DNA of 64,000 nt, taken from assembly GCA_963821525.1 (NCBI GenBank), contig CAWGED010000019.1:320001-384000 (forward strand). The letters are read 5' to 3'. Positions 43,592 to 52,912 of the stretch are shown here, in pieces. Below the pieces are notes generated by a model. It made no database searches and was not told where the DNA came from. It worked only from the letters and a program-made list of their open reading frames with translations. A program made the translations under genes and the position numbers. Source of the DNA: an uncultured Gemmatimonadales bacterium (GTDB lineage Bacteria; Gemmatimonadota; Gemmatimonadetes; Gemmatimonadales; GWC2-71-9). How positions within the stretch are numbered: position 1 is the first letter of the stretch; every line of letters starts with the position of its first letter.

Positions 43592-44620
43592 TCAGCGGCT
43601 CCCGATGAGGATGACGTCGCCGGGCCTGAGTCCCGAGAGAACCTCGATCATGCTGGAGGTCCCAATAACCGAATCCATGGCCTTCACCCAGCGCAGTTCG
43701 CTCCCGGCATCCGTCTTCAGCCGAACGCCGGTGAGGTCTCCTTCGCGAACCAGGGCGCTGACCGGGATCAGAATAGCGCTCCGATTTCCAGTGGGGACCC
43801 GAATAGTCGCGGCGCTGCCGGGGAGGAATTCACCGCTCGGGTTTGGCACGATCGCATTCAGCGTATAGACCGCTCCGTTGGGAGCCGGCACCGTGCCTTC
43901 GAGAACGGCACGCGCCGGTCGACCCTCGATGCTGGCGTCGAGCGGTGCCTCCGGGCGGAGCGCCGCGCTAACCCGCGGAGGCAGCGTTACGCTGATGCGG
44001 AGCCTCGAGGCATCCTGGACTTCGAGGATGGGCGCGCCAGGAGCCACGAAGGCCCCAGGATCGACAAACCGCCGCGTCACCACGCCACTGAATGGGGCAC
44101 GGATCTCGGCATACGCCCCGACCGCATCCAGTTCGGCCCGGGAGGCGTGCGCCGTTTGCAGCCCCGCTTCAGCCCGCGCCAGGCCGGTTTCGACCTGTTC
44201 GAGCTGGTAGCGCGTCGCGGCGCTGTCGGCATACAGGGCCCGGAACCGCTCAGCCTGGGTTCGCGCGTCCTGGTACGAGGCCTCAGCTGCGGCGATCCCT
44301 GCGTCGACCTGAGCGCGCCGCGCCTCCAAGTCGCGGGCATCGATCCGCGCAAGCGGCTGGCCACTCCGCACCCGGTCGCCCTCTCGAACCAGAACTTCGG
44401 TCACGCTCCCCATCAGCTTGGTGCTTAGGGTAGCACGCGTGATCGGCTCCGCCATTCCGGCTGCCTCGAAGCTCGCCGAGATTGTGGTGTCTCGGACAGT
44501 GAAGGTTGGGGTGTCGGACATCGCCGGGGTCGCCGGTGGCGTCGCATCACCCGCTTCGCCGCTGCCACAGCCGGCCATCATGAGAGCCAGCCATGTCACC
44601 CCGCTCAGGATCGGTTTCAT
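43592..44620 (-). CDS. RND efflux periplasmic adaptor lipoprotein
   Basis: Lipobox MAGC; VLVREGDRV, IRAPFSGVV. Confidence 0.85.
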   Translation of the reverse strand: MKPILSGVTWLALMMAGCGSGEAGDATPPATPAMSDTPTFTVRDTTISASFEAAGMAEPITRATLSTKLMGSVTEVLVREGDRVRSGQPLARIDARDLEARRAQVDAGIAAAEASYQDARTQAERFRALYADSAATRYQLEQVETGLARAEAGLQTAHASRAELDAVGAYAEIRAPFSGVVTRRFVDPGAFVAPGAPILEVQDASRLRISVTLPPRVSAALRPEAPLDASIEGRPARAVLEGTVPAPNGAVYTLNAIVPNPSGEFLPGSAATIRVPTGNRSAILIPVSALVREGDLTGVRLKTDAGSELRWVKAMDSVIGTSSMIEVLSGLRPGDVILIGSR

Positions 44621-44630
44621 CGTCGTCACC

Positions 44631-45990
44631 TTAACTCTCGAGGTCCTGCAGGGGCGACAGGTCGAGCCCCTGCGCCTTCCGCACTTCCGCCAACGCAATG
44701 AGCACGTCATATCGCGCGGCGACGTCTCGGAGCTGGGAGTCGGTGTCAATCGCCGCCGCATCGAAGAGCTCGGTCACTGTCGCGAGGCCACCGTCGTACT
44801 TCCGGCTCACGATGCGATGGGCCTCCCGGGCCTGAGCGCCGGCAACCTGGGCGATCTCCAGACGAGACAGGGCTACCGCCAGCCCGGCTGTGGCGCGTTC
44901 CAGCTCCAGCGCCGCCTGCGCCTCAGCCGCCTCCCTCCGGGAGCCGGCCGCCATCGCGTTGCCGTCTGCCACCCGCCCCTCCGAGAGTTCCCGGGCGCCG
45001 CTGAACGGCGACCAGCTGAGCATGATGCCGACTGTCCAGGCACTCTTTCCTCCAAACGGCGTCTCGGCCGTGTTCCACTCGAGGCGGCCAAACGAGTTGA
45101 GGCGGGGCAGGTACAGCGCCCTGGCCCGACGGCGGTCGGCGGCCATCGCAGCCGATTCGTGCCCGGCGGCCACCACATCTGCCCGAGCCGTCGGCGGCCG
45201 AAGTGTCCGGCGCCTCCCCCACGACGGCGCTGACGCGTTCCGCGCTCGGCAGTGAATCCGGCAGAGTGAAGGCCGTGTCTCCCGGTTCGCCCATCAGCAT
45301 TGCCAGGCCGAGCTTCGCGACCCGAGCCTCGCTCCGGGCGCCGATCAACGCCGCCTCTACTTCGCCGGCCTTTACCGAGGCGAGCAGGGCATCGGATCGG
45401 GTCACCATGCCGCGCTCCTCCAGCGACTCCGCTTCCCGCTGGTGCGATCGGGCCGCGACCAGTGCCGCTTCGAGGGTGCGCACCCGTTCGGTGGCCAGTA
45501 CCGCGCCCCAGTAGCCGCGGGCTACCTCTACCGCGGTGACGGTCCGGGTCCAGAGTTCCGCTGAGCGGGCCGCTTCGCGGGCCTCGACCGCGGCCTGCCG
45601 CCCCCGCCAAGCGTCGGCATTGAGCAGCGGCAGCTCGACTACAACGCCGGTCATCATGTTGCCGGTGGCGGGCGGGTCGTTGAGGACGGCGGGAGCGAAG
45701 GACGCCGGCGTAACGGCCCGCTGGCGGAGGGTGAACCCGAACGCGCCGAGGGGGTCGGTGGTACGGGCATACCCGCCTTCGAACCGGGCGGTCGGGAGAA
45801 TCCCTTCCAGGGGTGCGAGCGCAGCGCCGCTTCGGGCCTTCGACTCTCCTGCCGCGGCACGGTTGGCATAGGCCCCACTGTCGGCACGTTCCAGAGCCTG
45901 CCGAAGGGTCAGCGGGGCCTGGGCGCCGAGCGGCCGGACCGCGAGGGCGGCGCCGGAAAGAGCGAGAAGAAGAAGAGCCAGGTAGCGCAT
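44631..45990 (-). CDS. TolC family outer membrane protein; frameshift near 45200
   Basis: Signal peptide, PLTLRQAL, VTRSDALLA, then LYLPRLN, KYDGGLAT. Confidence 0.8.
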
Positions 45991-46044
45991 CGAACAGGGC
46001 CGGGAGCGGGCCACCTCGGTCTGGGGTCTTGCTTGAATGGTCAT

Positions 46045-46060
46045 ATGACTATATAGTCAT
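46045..46060. promoter_or_regulatory. Putative ArsR/SmtB operator
   Basis: Perfect palindrome ATGACTATATAGTCAT between divergent tolC and arsR; related tattgttatatggtcat at ~46118-46134. Confidence 0.65.
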
Positions 46061-46156
46061 GCGTAACCGAAGTCAAGCAGCCGGAGCGCCGCCGTGGCGC
46101 CGGGCTCCACTCTACTCTATTGTTATATGGTCATCTGCCCAGGAAACGCCGATCCA

Positions 46157-46483
46157 ATGGCCAGGAAGCCCCTGTCCACCGAGCAGTTGGGATTCATCGC
46201 CCACCGGTTTAAGGCGCTCTCCGAGCCCTCCCGGCTGGAGATCCTGAACACCTTGCGGGAGGGTGAGCGGACGGTCTCGGAAATTCTGGAGACCACCGGC
46301 CTGGGCCAAGCCAACGTCTCCAAGCACCTCCAGCTCCTGCACGCGTCCGGCTTCGTCGATCGGCGGAAGGACGGCGCCAGCACCTACTACCGGCTGGCGG
46401 ACGGAGACGTGCTCCGACTCTGCGAATTGATGTGCGGGAGACTGGAGGCGGAAGCCCGGGTGAAGAAGAGGCTATTCGCCTGA
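46157..46483 (+). CDS. ArsR/SmtB family regulator
   Basis: RFKALSEPSRLEIL, QANVSKHL, C-terminal LCELMC. Confidence 0.9.
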   Translation: MARKPLSTEQLGFIAHRFKALSEPSRLEILNTLREGERTVSEILETTGLGQANVSKHLQLLHASGFVDRRKDGASTYYRLADGDVLRLCELMCGRLEAEARVKKRLFA

Positions 46484-46658
46484 GGGCGCGAATCAGCTTC
46501 CCCGCAGCGAGCTCCTCCTCAAGGATCCAGATCCCGTTTAGGTAAGATCTTCCCCCTTCGCGACGCTAACCCCCGTAACCAATTCGGGGGCAGCGATCGA
46601 CCGGCCCCAGCCAGCTCCGGGGCCGCTGCCTCCCTGAGGTTCAAGAGGAGGTAACCCG

Positions 46659-47582
46659 ATGTCGCAAGTGAAGAATGCGGCGCCCGCCCGGATGAAACCG
46701 GCTGCTCCGATGCCCTCGGTCCGTCAGGTCTCCTACGGGACACTGAACGTGGACGGACTGTCCATCGCCTACCGGGAGGCCGGACGCCCTGGTAGTCCCA
46801 AGCTGGTGCTCCTGCACGGCTTCCCGGCGAGTTCGCATCAGTACCGCGACCTGGTTCCTGCCCTGGCCGACCGGTTCCACGTCATTGCTCCGGACTATCC
46901 GGGCTTCGGAGCTGAGCGACCGGCCCGATCCGCAAACCTGGGCGTATACCTTCGACCATTTGTCGGAAGTGATCGAGCGATTCCTCCAGCTCAAGGGCTT
47001 CTCGCGCTACGGACTCTACGTGCAGGACTACGGCGGGCCGGTCGGGTTCCGGATCGTCACCCGAAATCCGGACGCGCTGGAGTGGCTGATCATCCAGAAC
47101 TCCAATGCGCTACGAGGTAGGCTTCACCGCCGCATGGGACGGGTTGCGCGGCGCGCTGTGGAAGAACCAGACGCCCGAGACCGAGGCACCGCTCCACGGC
47201 TTTCTCACGCCCGAGACGATCAAGACGATCTATCTCCACGGCGCGGAGCGACCGGAGCTGATCAGCCCGGATAACTGGGAATCGGATTCCGCCTTCATGC
47301 AACGGCAGCACGCGGTGCGGACTCAATCTCGATCTGTTCTACGACTATCGCACCAACGTCCCGCTCTACCCGGCGTGGCAGCGCTTGCTCCGGGAGCGTC
47401 AGCCTCAGACCCTGATCTTCTGGGGCCAGTCCGACATCTTCTTCACCCCGGAAGGCGGCGATGCCTATCTCGCCGATCTGCCGAACGCCGAGCTACACCG
47501 GCTCGCCGCAGGGCACTTCGCGGTGGAGGACCACCTGGACTACATCGCAACCCAAATGAAGAGGTTCCACGCAGCGCTGTGA
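46659..47582 (+). CDS. Alpha/beta fold hydrolase; about three frameshifts
   Basis: [47 protein letters not shown] spread over overlapping ORFs. Confidence 0.85.
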
Positions 47583-47632
47583 TGCCAGGTGCCGGACTGG
47601 CGGTCGAATCCCGGGGCCGCCATTATCGACGC

Positions 47633-48256
47633 ATGGCCTTGAAGCAAGAAGATCGGGATTCAGCGGAGTGGCTCCGCGGCTTGAACGCCGAGGGGCCAGC
47701 TCGCGAAGAGGCGGTAACACGCCTTCACGCGTTGCTCCTCCGGGTTGCCAGATCAGAGGCCGCCCGGCGGAGCGCCGGCCTGCCGGAGCGAGGGCGGGAG
47801 GAAGTGGACGACCTGTGTCACCAGGCCGCGAGCGACGCGGCGATGGTGATCCTCCGAAAGCTTCCGGAATTCCGTGGCGACTCTCGGTTTACCACCTGGG
47901 CCTGCAAGTTCGCGCTCTTCGAGATCTCGACCCGGCTCCGCCGCCATGCCTGGCGGCACCGGCGCATCGACCCCGACGAGCAGGTCTGGGAGCGGCTGGC
48001 GGACTCGGCGCCACCGACCCAGGCACGACTGGAGCACGCCGAGACGCTTGAGTGCCTCAAGCGCGCCATCCGGGACGACCTGACCGACCGGCAACGGCTG
48101 GTCTTCCAGGCCGCCGTGCTCGAAGAAGTGCCGATCGACGTTCTTGCCGAGCGACTGGACAGTACCCGGGGGGCGATCTACAAGATCCTGTACGACTCGC
48201 GCGCGAGGCTCAGGCAGGCAATCGCTCGAAGCGAAGGCCAGGAGGAGCGGGTATGA
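47633..48256 (+). CDS. ECF sigma-70 factor
   Basis: FRGDSRFTTWA, LTDRQRLVF, GAIYKILYDSRARLR. Confidence 0.85.
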   Translation: MALKQEDRDSAEWLRGLNAEGPAREEAVTRLHALLLRVARSEAARRSAGLPERGREEVDDLCHQAASDAAMVILRKLPEFRGDSRFTTWACKFALFEISTRLRRHAWRHRRIDPDEQVWERLADSAPPTQARLEHAETLECLKRAIRDDLTDRQRLVFQAAVLEEVPIDVLAERLDSTRGAIYKILYDSRARLRQAIARSEGQEERV

Positions 48257-48474
48257 GCCGTGACCCACTCGAAGGATTGCTGGGCCACACCGGCCGCGAT
48301 CCCGGCTGCGAAGCAGCATTTGAGGAGTTCGACCGCTACTGCGATGCTGCCCTGCGCGGTGAGGACGTGGAGCGCGGGTTCCCCGAGTTCATGAACCACG
48401 TGCGGAATTGCGCGGCGTGCAGAGAGGACGCCGAGGGACTCCTCGCCGCGCTCAGAGGCATGATGGAGGAGTAG
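48253..48474 (+). CDS. Small soluble zinc-finger anti-sigma-like protein
   Basis: 73 aa, C...HVRNCAAC (HxxxCxxC); ATGA overlap with the sigma gene; no TM segment. Confidence 0.8.
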   Translation: MSRDPLEGLLGHTGRDPGCEAAFEEFDRYCDAALRGEDVERGFPEFMNHVRNCAACREDAEGLLAALRGMMEE

Positions 48475-48489
48475 GGCCCCTCAGAAGCA

Positions 48490-48558
48490 AACGCAGAGGC
48501 GCAAAGAACGCAGAGAAAAGCCCTTGAAGATCCTCTGCGTTCTCCGCGTCTCAGCGTT
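48490..48558. repeat. REP-like palindromic element built from CGCAGAG units
   Basis: AACGCAGAG GCGCAAAG AACGCAGAG ... CTCTGCGTT CTCCGCGT CTCAGCGTT. Confidence 0.7.
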
Positions 48559-48597
48559 TCGTCTTTTTCGGGATTGGCCATCGATAGCCTGCACTGT

Positions 48598-50401
48598 CTA
48601 GAATCCCCGGCGGATGCTCCCCCATCACGCCCAGCTGCTTCTCCAGCGCCACCCCTACCCTGCCAAGCGTTCCCTCATCAAACAGCCGACCGATCAGGGT
48701 AATCCCATGCGGCACTCGCCGGGGCGGGTTGAACTTGGGCAACGGATTGGCGGGATCGGGCGCCCAATCGCTGCGGGCCTCGGAGATCTGGACGAATCCG
48801 GTTCGCATGGTGAGCGAGGGATGGCCCGTGTTGTTCGAGATCACCAGCATTTCATCCCGCAGGGACGGAACGACGAGGAGATCCACCTCGGCCATCAGCC
48901 GCGCCATCTCCATCGCCACCTTGCGCCGCAACCGGTCGGCCTGCACGAAGTCAACGGCCGAGAGGAAGCGGGCCTCGCGGAACAGATTGGGCCACGCGTC
49001 GGGCACCTGGACCTTGAGCTGATCGGCTTGACCACTGAGCGTCAGCTCCTCGAACGCCGCGGCCGCCTCGGCGAAGAGAACCAGATTGAGCGAATCGTAA
49101 GGCCAGTCGGGGAGAGAGACTTCGGTCGGGACCATTCCGAGTTTCCGGAACTCGTCGAGGGATGCCCGGTCCACATCGGTGGCCGGACTCTCTTTCATCC
49201 ATGAGTCTATGTAACCGACCTTGAGTCCCTTCACCGAGGCGCTGGCATCGAAGTCGAGTTTGCTGGGGACACTGGCGACGTCACCGGCATCGGGGCCAGC
49301 TGATCGCCTGAAGCACGAGCAGAGTGTCTTCCACGCTCCGAGTCATCGGCCCGAGCTTGTCCAGCGACCAGCAGAGCGTCATCGCTCCGGTCCTTGCGCA
49401 CCCGCCCGTAGGTGGGCCGGAGACCGTTGATGCCGCAGCGCATGGTCGGACTCACGATGCTCCCGCCGGTCTCGCTCCCGATGGAGAACCCGACCAGGCC
49501 GGCCGCGGTCGCGGCACCGGGTCCCGCGCTCGACCCCGACGCGCCCTCTTCAAGCACCCAGGGATTCATCGTCTGTCCCCCGAACCAGATGTCGTTGAGG
49601 GCGAGAGCGCCCAGGCTCAGCTTCGCGATTAGCACCCCGCCGGCCGCGTTGAGCCGGGCCACGACCGCAGAGTCCGCGGTGGGGACCCGATTCCTGAACG
49701 GCTCCGCGCCCCAGGTCGTCACTATGCCGGCGGTATCGAGCAGGTCTTTGACGCCGTAGGGAATTCCGTGCAGCGGTCCGCGGTACTTTCCCGCGGCAAT
49801 TTCCTTGTCCGCCTGGCGCGCCGCAGCGAGCGCTCCTTCCTTGTTCAGCGTGATGATGGCGCGAAGCTTGGGATCGAACTTCTCGATCCGGGCGAGATAG
49901 ATCCCCGTCAGCCGTTCGGACGTCAGCTTCTTCGACTGGATCCAGCGAGAGAGTGCGGTGACCGGCGCAAAGGCAATGTCGGCGTCGCTCTGACGGAAGC
50001 GGGCCTGGATCTACGCTGCTCCGAACGAACCGGTCCTGCTTGGGACCAATCGCGATTCCGGGTAGTGCCGGATCCCAGCGCGTCGCCGGCGAGAGCGTCG
50101 GCTCGAGCGCGAGCTTCCGCGGTCCGGTCCGCCGCTCCAGCTGGGCGGCCATCGACCGGCGCCAACTCTTGGCCGCCATATTCCGCTGCTCCGGCGTCAT
50201 CGTCACCTGCATCAGCTTCTCCGCCTCGGCGAATGTCCCGGCGTTGACTTCGGGTCCGGTTTCCGGCGCCGTTCCGAAGGTCGGCGGTGCTCCCGGAGTC
50301 GTCGGCGTTGAGGCGGCAGGCGTCTGCTCCTTCTTGCTGCAGCCGGCGATAGCGCCGAGGATGATCGGCGCCTGGATCAGGAATTGGCGGCGAGTGTTCA
50401 C
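48598..50401 (-). CDS. Amidase signature family enzyme with Tat/lipoprotein signal; several frameshifts
   Basis: NTRRQFL...IAGC; GPLHGIPYGVKDL, GASGSSAG, GSETGGSIVSP, SNNTGHPS, GRLFDEG. Confidence 0.85.
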
Positions 50402-50436
50402 GGGCTCTCCGAGCGGAGGGGCGACGTTGCATAGCA

Positions 50437-50556
50437 CCAGTACCGAGTACCGAGTACCGAGTACCGAGGACCGGGGTCTTGCTTATGGCTTACGGCTTAT
50501 GGCTCATGGCTGACAGCTAACAGCTAACGGCTGACGGCTGACGGCTGACGGCTGAC
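50437..50556. repeat. Composite heptamer array (AGTACCG)n followed by GCTTATG>GCTAACA>GCTGACG units
   Basis: Tandem 7-nt units directly visible. Confidence 0.85.
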
Positions 50557-51150
50557 TCAGTGCGGCTTGAACCCGTACTTGGCGAGCTCATCCGCCGACA
50601 TCTGGATCACGTCGATGTGCAGGGTGATCGGGGTGAGCGGCTGGTCGGTCGAATCCTTCGGCACCGACACGATCTTTTCGACCACATCCATTCCCTTGAA
50701 CACCTGCCCATAGACCGTGTAGTTGCCGTCCAGTCGCTTGAGGCCGTCCTTGTTGGCCACGATGTAGAACTGGCACCCTGCCGAGAGTTTCTCCGGGTTG
50801 TCATCACGACCCGCACCTACCGCCCCATAGACATGACGCAGGCTGTCGTTGAACTCCGGCGCCAGGTTGTACGGCGATCCCTTGAACCCTGCCGGGGTGT
50901 CGGGACAGCCGCCCTGGGCCACGAAGTTCTTGATCACCCGATTGAACGTCAGGGAATCCCAGTAGTGCGCACTCGCCAGCTTGATGAAGCTGTCGCGGTG
51001 GTGGGGCGTCTCGGGATATAGATAGAAGAGGATCTCGCCTAGCGGGGTCTGGATCCGGCCGACCGGATGGGGCGGGGCGGACTGGGCGGTCAAGGCGGAC
51101 GGGGCGGACAGAGACGCGAGAGCAATAATCGTCAGGACGAATCGACGCAT
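50557..51150 (-). CDS. Secreted cyclophilin-type peptidyl-prolyl isomerase
   Basis: TPHHRDSF, FNRVIKNFVAQGG, SAGCQFYIV, LDGNYTVYGQVFKG. Confidence 0.9.
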   Translation of the reverse strand: MRRFVLTIIALASLSAPSALTAQSAPPHPVGRIQTPLGEILFYLYPETPHHRDSFIKLASAHYWDSLTFNRVIKNFVAQGGCPDTPAGFKGSPYNLAPEFNDSLRHVYGAVGAGRDDNPEKLSAGCQFYIVANKDGLKRLDGNYTVYGQVFKGMDVVEKIVSVPKDSTDQPLTPITLHIDVIQMSADELAKYGFKPH

Positions 51151-51236
51151 CGGGTTCCTCGAGGACAGGGGGAGCTCTCCGAGTGGTCAGAAGGTCCACC
51201 CACGAAGGACAGATGGCAAGCGTGACCCGCGAAGAG

Positions 51237-51268
51237 AAAAGCCCCCCGGTCGATTGACCGGGGGGCTT
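51237..51268 (-). terminator. Rho-independent terminator
   Basis: AAGCCCCCCGGTC-GATT-GACCGGGGGGCTT with a U-tract on the minus strand. Confidence 0.75.
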
Positions 51269-51295
51269 ACGAACCTGAGGCTGAACGTGCGGGTC

Positions 51296-51995
51296 CTACC
51301 AGGCCACTGCGTACCGTGAGAAGTGGTCCAGATCGGTGTAAAGCGCCTTGAGTCCCTTCTTGTCCAGGGTGGCCTTGATCTCGAGAATCTGGTCCCCTTG
51401 GTCGCTCAGGTATACGATGAACAGTTTCAGCCAGCTTGTCGGCTGCAAACAGCGGTCGTAACTGAGCTTGAGCTCGGCCGGCTTGTCGAAGTGAAGTCCT
51501 TCCGGCTGCAGCTCGACTTCGATCAGGTCGGAGACCGGGGCTACCGCGCTGATTACCACCTCATGGTCGAGCGCCCCCTTGGGGATCTTGAGCTCGTGGG
51601 GGCCGACCTTGACCGAGCCGCCGTCGGGGCCGATAAGCTCAACATCGCTGGTGTACTCCTGCGGCTCGCACCGAAGCAATTCCAGCACGTCACCCTGCTT
51701 CCGGCGAGTCTCCCACGCCTTCTTGAACAGCTTCCACTCCTCCCTGGCAGCCTTGAACTCTTCCCGGTGGAGTTCGCGTTCGGCCTTGAGGCTGTCCCTG
51801 GTGTGCTCGAGGAGGTCGTGCAGGCGCTCGTGCTCGGCATGACGATCGTCGCCAAGGGAGTTGGCGCTCGCCTCTATCAAGAGCACGGAGTTGTCCCGAG
51901 ACGCGCTGGTCGGCGACGTCGAGGCCCGTGCAGCTCAAGATGAGGATCAGGACCGCGCTGAAAGCTGGCGTCCAGACCCAGCGGCTTCGTCCCAT
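51296..51995 (-). CDS. Lipoprotein with coiled segment and ZU5-like C-terminal domain; frameshift near 51920
   Basis: Lipobox ILSC with RBS ggaggt; IGPDGGSVKVGPHELKIPKGAL, LQPEGLHFDKPAELKLSY, DHFSRYAVAW. Confidence 0.65.
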
Positions 51996-52912
51996 TTGAA
52001 TACCTCCTAATGAGTCCGGCAAGATCTTGGCGCGCCGGATTGGACGTGCCTGATCTGCCTCAACTGAGCGCTATGGCTCTCCTCACACAGGAGGGGGCAA
52101 TGGGCATACCCAAGAGGGCTGCAATCGCATTGATTTTATACACCACAAGGCGAATGCCGATCGGCGGAGACATAAGCAACACCATTGCTAATAAGCCATT
52201 TAACGTATCCACTGGATAGGACTTGCAGTGCAGAATCTGGCTTGCAAACGTACAATATGACAACAGCGATACTGGAGTCTGACACCCTCTTTCCGGGGGT
52301 GAACCCGAAGCGGCGTCGCCCCACTGTGGCTCATCCGCTACGCAGCGAACTAGGTCAGTAGTAGGGTGGATCACTAATTCTCGGTGACTGGGGTCACAAA
52401 GAGGTGTTGGCCGTGGTTGCGGGGGGCGGCCGAGAGAGGTCGGGACGAGACGCGGGGTGAAGACACAGGACTAGGCCAGGTGAAATCGGATTCGGCGTGC
52501 TCCGCAAAAGGTCAGAGAGCGTGCCGCCGGCGTGGCGGCGCCATGGTGTTCGACTCGCCGGGATCTGCGAGACCGGAATCTGCGACCTCAGAATTGAGCG
52601 CGGACTCGCTGAATGAAATCCGATTCACCTCCGCCCCTACCACGAGGTACCGCCATCCACATGCTCGAGGATGCCGTAGCCTACCCGCCTGCCCCAAGAA
52701 TGACCGATAGCAAGCGCGGACCTGCGACAAATTGACCATCAGGTGCTGCATGGCGAGAGGTGCTGTAATGCTTCGATAAGCTGCGCTGGTAGTGGTCGAG
52801 TGCCCGCACCGTTGCCTTGTCAGGCATGTCGGTCTCGCGGGTTCCTAGCATGAAGTGTCGGTGTTACGACCGACTCACATGAAATCCGCGAGCCCCGTCA
52901 CGACAACACTCG

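Noticed and set aside
27201..43868. Long antisense ORFs (e.g. 27201..28709 minus, 41631..43868 plus)
   Set aside because: Shadow frames of well-supported genes, caused by GC-rich codon bias.
47105..48256. Apparent hydrolase-sigma factor fusion ORF (383 aa)
   Set aside because: Artefact of a frameshift near 47325; the hydrolase ends at 47582 in another frame and the sigma has its own ATG at 47633.
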